DNA from: Syntrophales bacterium
GTDB lineage: Bacteria > Desulfobacterota > Syntrophia > Syntrophales > PHBD01
Assembly: GCA_963668175.1 (NCBI GenBank)
Contig: OY764159.1
Location: 3,840,001 to 3,904,000, forward strand
Direction: 5' to 3'
DNA: 64,000 nucleotides
The position numbers and the translations under genes were made by a program. Shown here piece by piece: positions 62,042 through 64,000 of the stretch. Every line of letters begins with the position of its first letter. The stretch's first letter is position 1. The notes under the pieces were generated by a model. That model did no database searches, was not told the origin of the DNA, and saw nothing but the letters and a program-made list of their open reading frames with translations.

Positions 62042-62917
62042 ATGAGATCTCTCGACTTCGGCCTGCGCGAAGACGCCGCAAAGAACATGAGTCCGGAAAT
62101 ATCGCTGGAGATGTACAGAAACATCTGCCGGTGCCGGTTCTTCGACGAGGCAGTCATCAAGGCCGTCCGGGACGGCCGCATAACCTATCAGGTATACCTC
62201 TCGCGAGGACAGGAGGCGGTCGCCGCAGGCCTCGCTTCCGCCGTTGCCGGCTCCATGCTGTTCACACAGCACCGCTGCCATGCCTACTATCTTGCGTTCG
62301 GCGGACGGCCGGAGAGGCTCCGCGACGAACTGCTGGGGCGACCCGGCGGGACAAGCAGCGGCCGGGCCGGCTCGAACTGCATTCAGTGCCACGATGAAAA
62401 CCTTGTCATGTTCGGTCATCACGGTCTGATCGGTGAAAACGTCCCGCAGGCGGTCGGAGCGGCCCTCGGCAGCGGCAGAAATACGCTTTGCATTGTCGGC
62501 GACGGTGCAGCGGAAGAGGACTACGTCTACCCTTCTCTCGGTTTCGCCGTCACCCATCGCCTGCCGGTTCTTTTTATCTGCGACGACAACGACCTGTCGA
62601 TCCTGACGCCGATCAGCGTACGGCGATCATGGAAGATTACCGATGTCGCCAGGGGCCTCGGCATGCCTGCCGTCGATATCGCCGACGATCCCTGGACGGT
62701 CCGGTCCGTCGCCCGAGAGTTGAGCACGTCCCTTCCGGCCCTGATGAACATCTATACCTGCCGCATGAACTGGCATGTCGGTGTCGGAATCGACGGCCCT
62801 CCCGAATGGGACCGCCTTTCCCTCGTTACGCAAAAACTGGCGGACTTGGGGCTTTCGGCCCCGGCAGAATGCATTCGCAAGGAAGAGCAAACCGCCATGG
62901 AGAAGCTATGGGCCTGA
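62042..62917 (+). CDS. TPP-dependent E1 alpha-like subunit
   Basis: GQEAV, QHRCH, GRAGS, GDGA...DDN TPP-binding motif. Confidence 0.88.
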   Translation: MRSLDFGLREDAAKNMSPEISLEMYRNICRCRFFDEAVIKAVRDGRITYQVYLSRGQEAVAAGLASAVAGSMLFTQHRCHAYYLAFGGRPERLRDELLGRPGGTSSGRAGSNCIQCHDENLVMFGHHGLIGENVPQAVGAALGSGRNTLCIVGDGAAEEDYVYPSLGFAVTHRLPVLFICDDNDLSILTPISVRRSWKITDVARGLGMPAVDIADDPWTVRSVARELSTSLPALMNIYTCRMNWHVGVGIDGPPEWDRLSLVTQKLADLGLSAPAECIRKEEQTAMEKLWA

Positions 62918-63807
62918 CCGTAGCGGATACGATCCGGGAAATCAGCAGGCGGCATCTCGAAGAGAACAACGGCCTTCTGCTCGGCCAAGCGATTACGGCC
63001 GTCGGCTGGATCAACAACACGGTCCCCGATTGCCGGAACATCGTCGAACTGCCCATGACCGACGTCGCTGGCGCCGGCATCGCCGTCGGTGCAGCCATGG
63101 TCGGCAGGCGGCCCATATTTGTCATCAGGTTCCAGGATTTTCTCATACTGAACGGCAGCCCGCTTATCTTTTACGCCGCCAAATCGAAGGAACTCCACGG
63201 GAGAAGCACCCCCATTTTCGTCCGGGCGATTGCAACCGACGGGATCGGGCCCGTTCATTCGGGCGTCTTGCACAGCGTCTTCATGCATTTTCCGGGTTTC
63301 CGGATCTGTTCGCCCATGACGCCCGGCGAATATCGAACTATCTGGGACGACTTTATGGCCCATGACGATCCCATGATCGTGAGCGAACATCGAGCGAGTT
63401 TTGCCAATACCCGCGAACTCGCCGACATTGTCCACGACGATGCCGTCGTGACCCTTTACCCCATCTCGGCGACCCGATTCGCAGCGGAGGAAGCGGCAGC
63501 GCAGCTTTTATCCGTGGGAATCAAATGCAACGTCCTGCACATCCTGTGGCTGAAACCCTTTACTGCTGACCGGAGACTGATCGAGCCCCTGCGCTCGTCC
63601 CGCCGCGGCATCGTGATCGACGCGGGACATGAAATCGCCGGCGCTTCCCGGTCTATCGCCTACGAACTGACACAGGCGACGGGAATTCCCGTTGCGGCCC
63701 TGGGACTTGAGGACAAAACGAAATGCCTGTGTCCGCCCCTGAAAAACGAAACCCCCACGGCAGAGCGGATCGTGACGGCCGTGCGGACACTCCTCAGGAC
63801 GGCTTAG
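62908..63807 (+). CDS. TPP-dependent E1 beta / transketolase C-terminal-like subunit
   Basis: G.AVGAA..G.RP, GPVHS, SPMTP, DDP..VSEHR; ATG at 62908 overlaps the alpha gene. Confidence 0.85.
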   Translation: MGLTVADTIREISRRHLEENNGLLLGQAITAVGWINNTVPDCRNIVELPMTDVAGAGIAVGAAMVGRRPIFVIRFQDFLILNGSPLIFYAAKSKELHGRSTPIFVRAIATDGIGPVHSGVLHSVFMHFPGFRICSPMTPGEYRTIWDDFMAHDDPMIVSEHRASFANTRELADIVHDDAVVTLYPISATRFAAEEAAAQLLSVGIKCNVLHILWLKPFTADRRLIEPLRSSRRGIVIDAGHEIAGASRSIAYELTQATGIPVAALGLEDKTKCLCPPLKNETPTAERIVTAVRTLLRTA

Positions 63808-63813
63808 AATATT

Positions 63814-64000
63814 ATGCCGGAATACGATAAGGGCATCGTCAGCAAGCCTTGGGGTTACGAATATCTCATGTACCAGAGCGACCGGATCGGCATCTGGTTC
63901 CTGCACATCGCGGCAGGGCGGAAGACCTCTCTTCATTGTCATCCCGCCAAGAAGACGGGCTATATCCTCCTGTCGGGAGAAGCAGAAGTATCGTTTTTGA
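63814..64000 (+). CDS. Cupin-domain protein (mannose-6-phosphate isomerase-like), 3' truncated
   Basis: Translated by hand: MPEYDKGIVSKPWGYEYLMY...KTSLHCHPAKKTGYILLSGEA; frame open to the window end. Confidence 0.8.
   Translation, partial: MPEYDKGIVSKPWGYEYLMYQSDRIGIWFLHIAAGRKTSLHCHPAKKTGYILLSGEAEVSFL

Noticed and set aside
62042..63807. Pyruvate or acetoin dehydrogenase complex
   Set aside because: No E2/E3 adjacent, shortened subunits and a sugar-biosynthesis context.

Overview
Gene-dense bacterial chromosome segment. Gene content and order (dprA-topA-trmFO, mfd-surA-like-uvrA, metK-ahcY, lptF, sigma54/sigma28 motifs, an Fe-S 4-hydroxyacyl-CoA dehydratase) suggest an anaerobic diderm, probably Desulfobacterota/Syntrophales; this is an inference. 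Layout: (1-2.6 kb) 5'-truncated hybrid sensor kinase. (2.8-19.1 kb) Accessory catabolic block on the minus strand: GntR, AbfD-like dehydratase, acyl-CoA dehydrogenase, enoyl-CoA hydratase, GAF protein, AraC, SDR, FGGY kinase, DMT, creatininase-family hydrolase, TRAP DctPQM, Tm-1-like protein and family III CoA-transferase, with a shared GntR-type operator motif. (19-28 kb) Hydrolases, tRNA-Arg(TCT), a surface protein and housekeeping genes. (28-30.7 kb) Three-gene islet with sigma54/sigma28 promoter motifs. (34-40 kb) Two-component system divergent from a membrane-targeted leader ORF ending in the ribosome-arrest motif RAPP, followed by a Spy/CpxP-like gene, tatA and a soluble MgtE-CBS/NRAMP-related Mg transporter pair. 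(40-55 kb) Housekeeping genes, including a divergent MetK. (56-64 kb) GDP-6-deoxyheptose-type cluster with a B12 radical SAM enzyme, DJ-1/PfpI, split TPP enzyme and cupin, running off the window end. The best candidates for undescribed systems are the RAPP leader-spy-tatA module, the GntR catabolic regulon and the modified-heptose pathway. I found no CRISPR array, rRNA, integrase or transposase. All family calls come from motif recognition by eye, not database searches.
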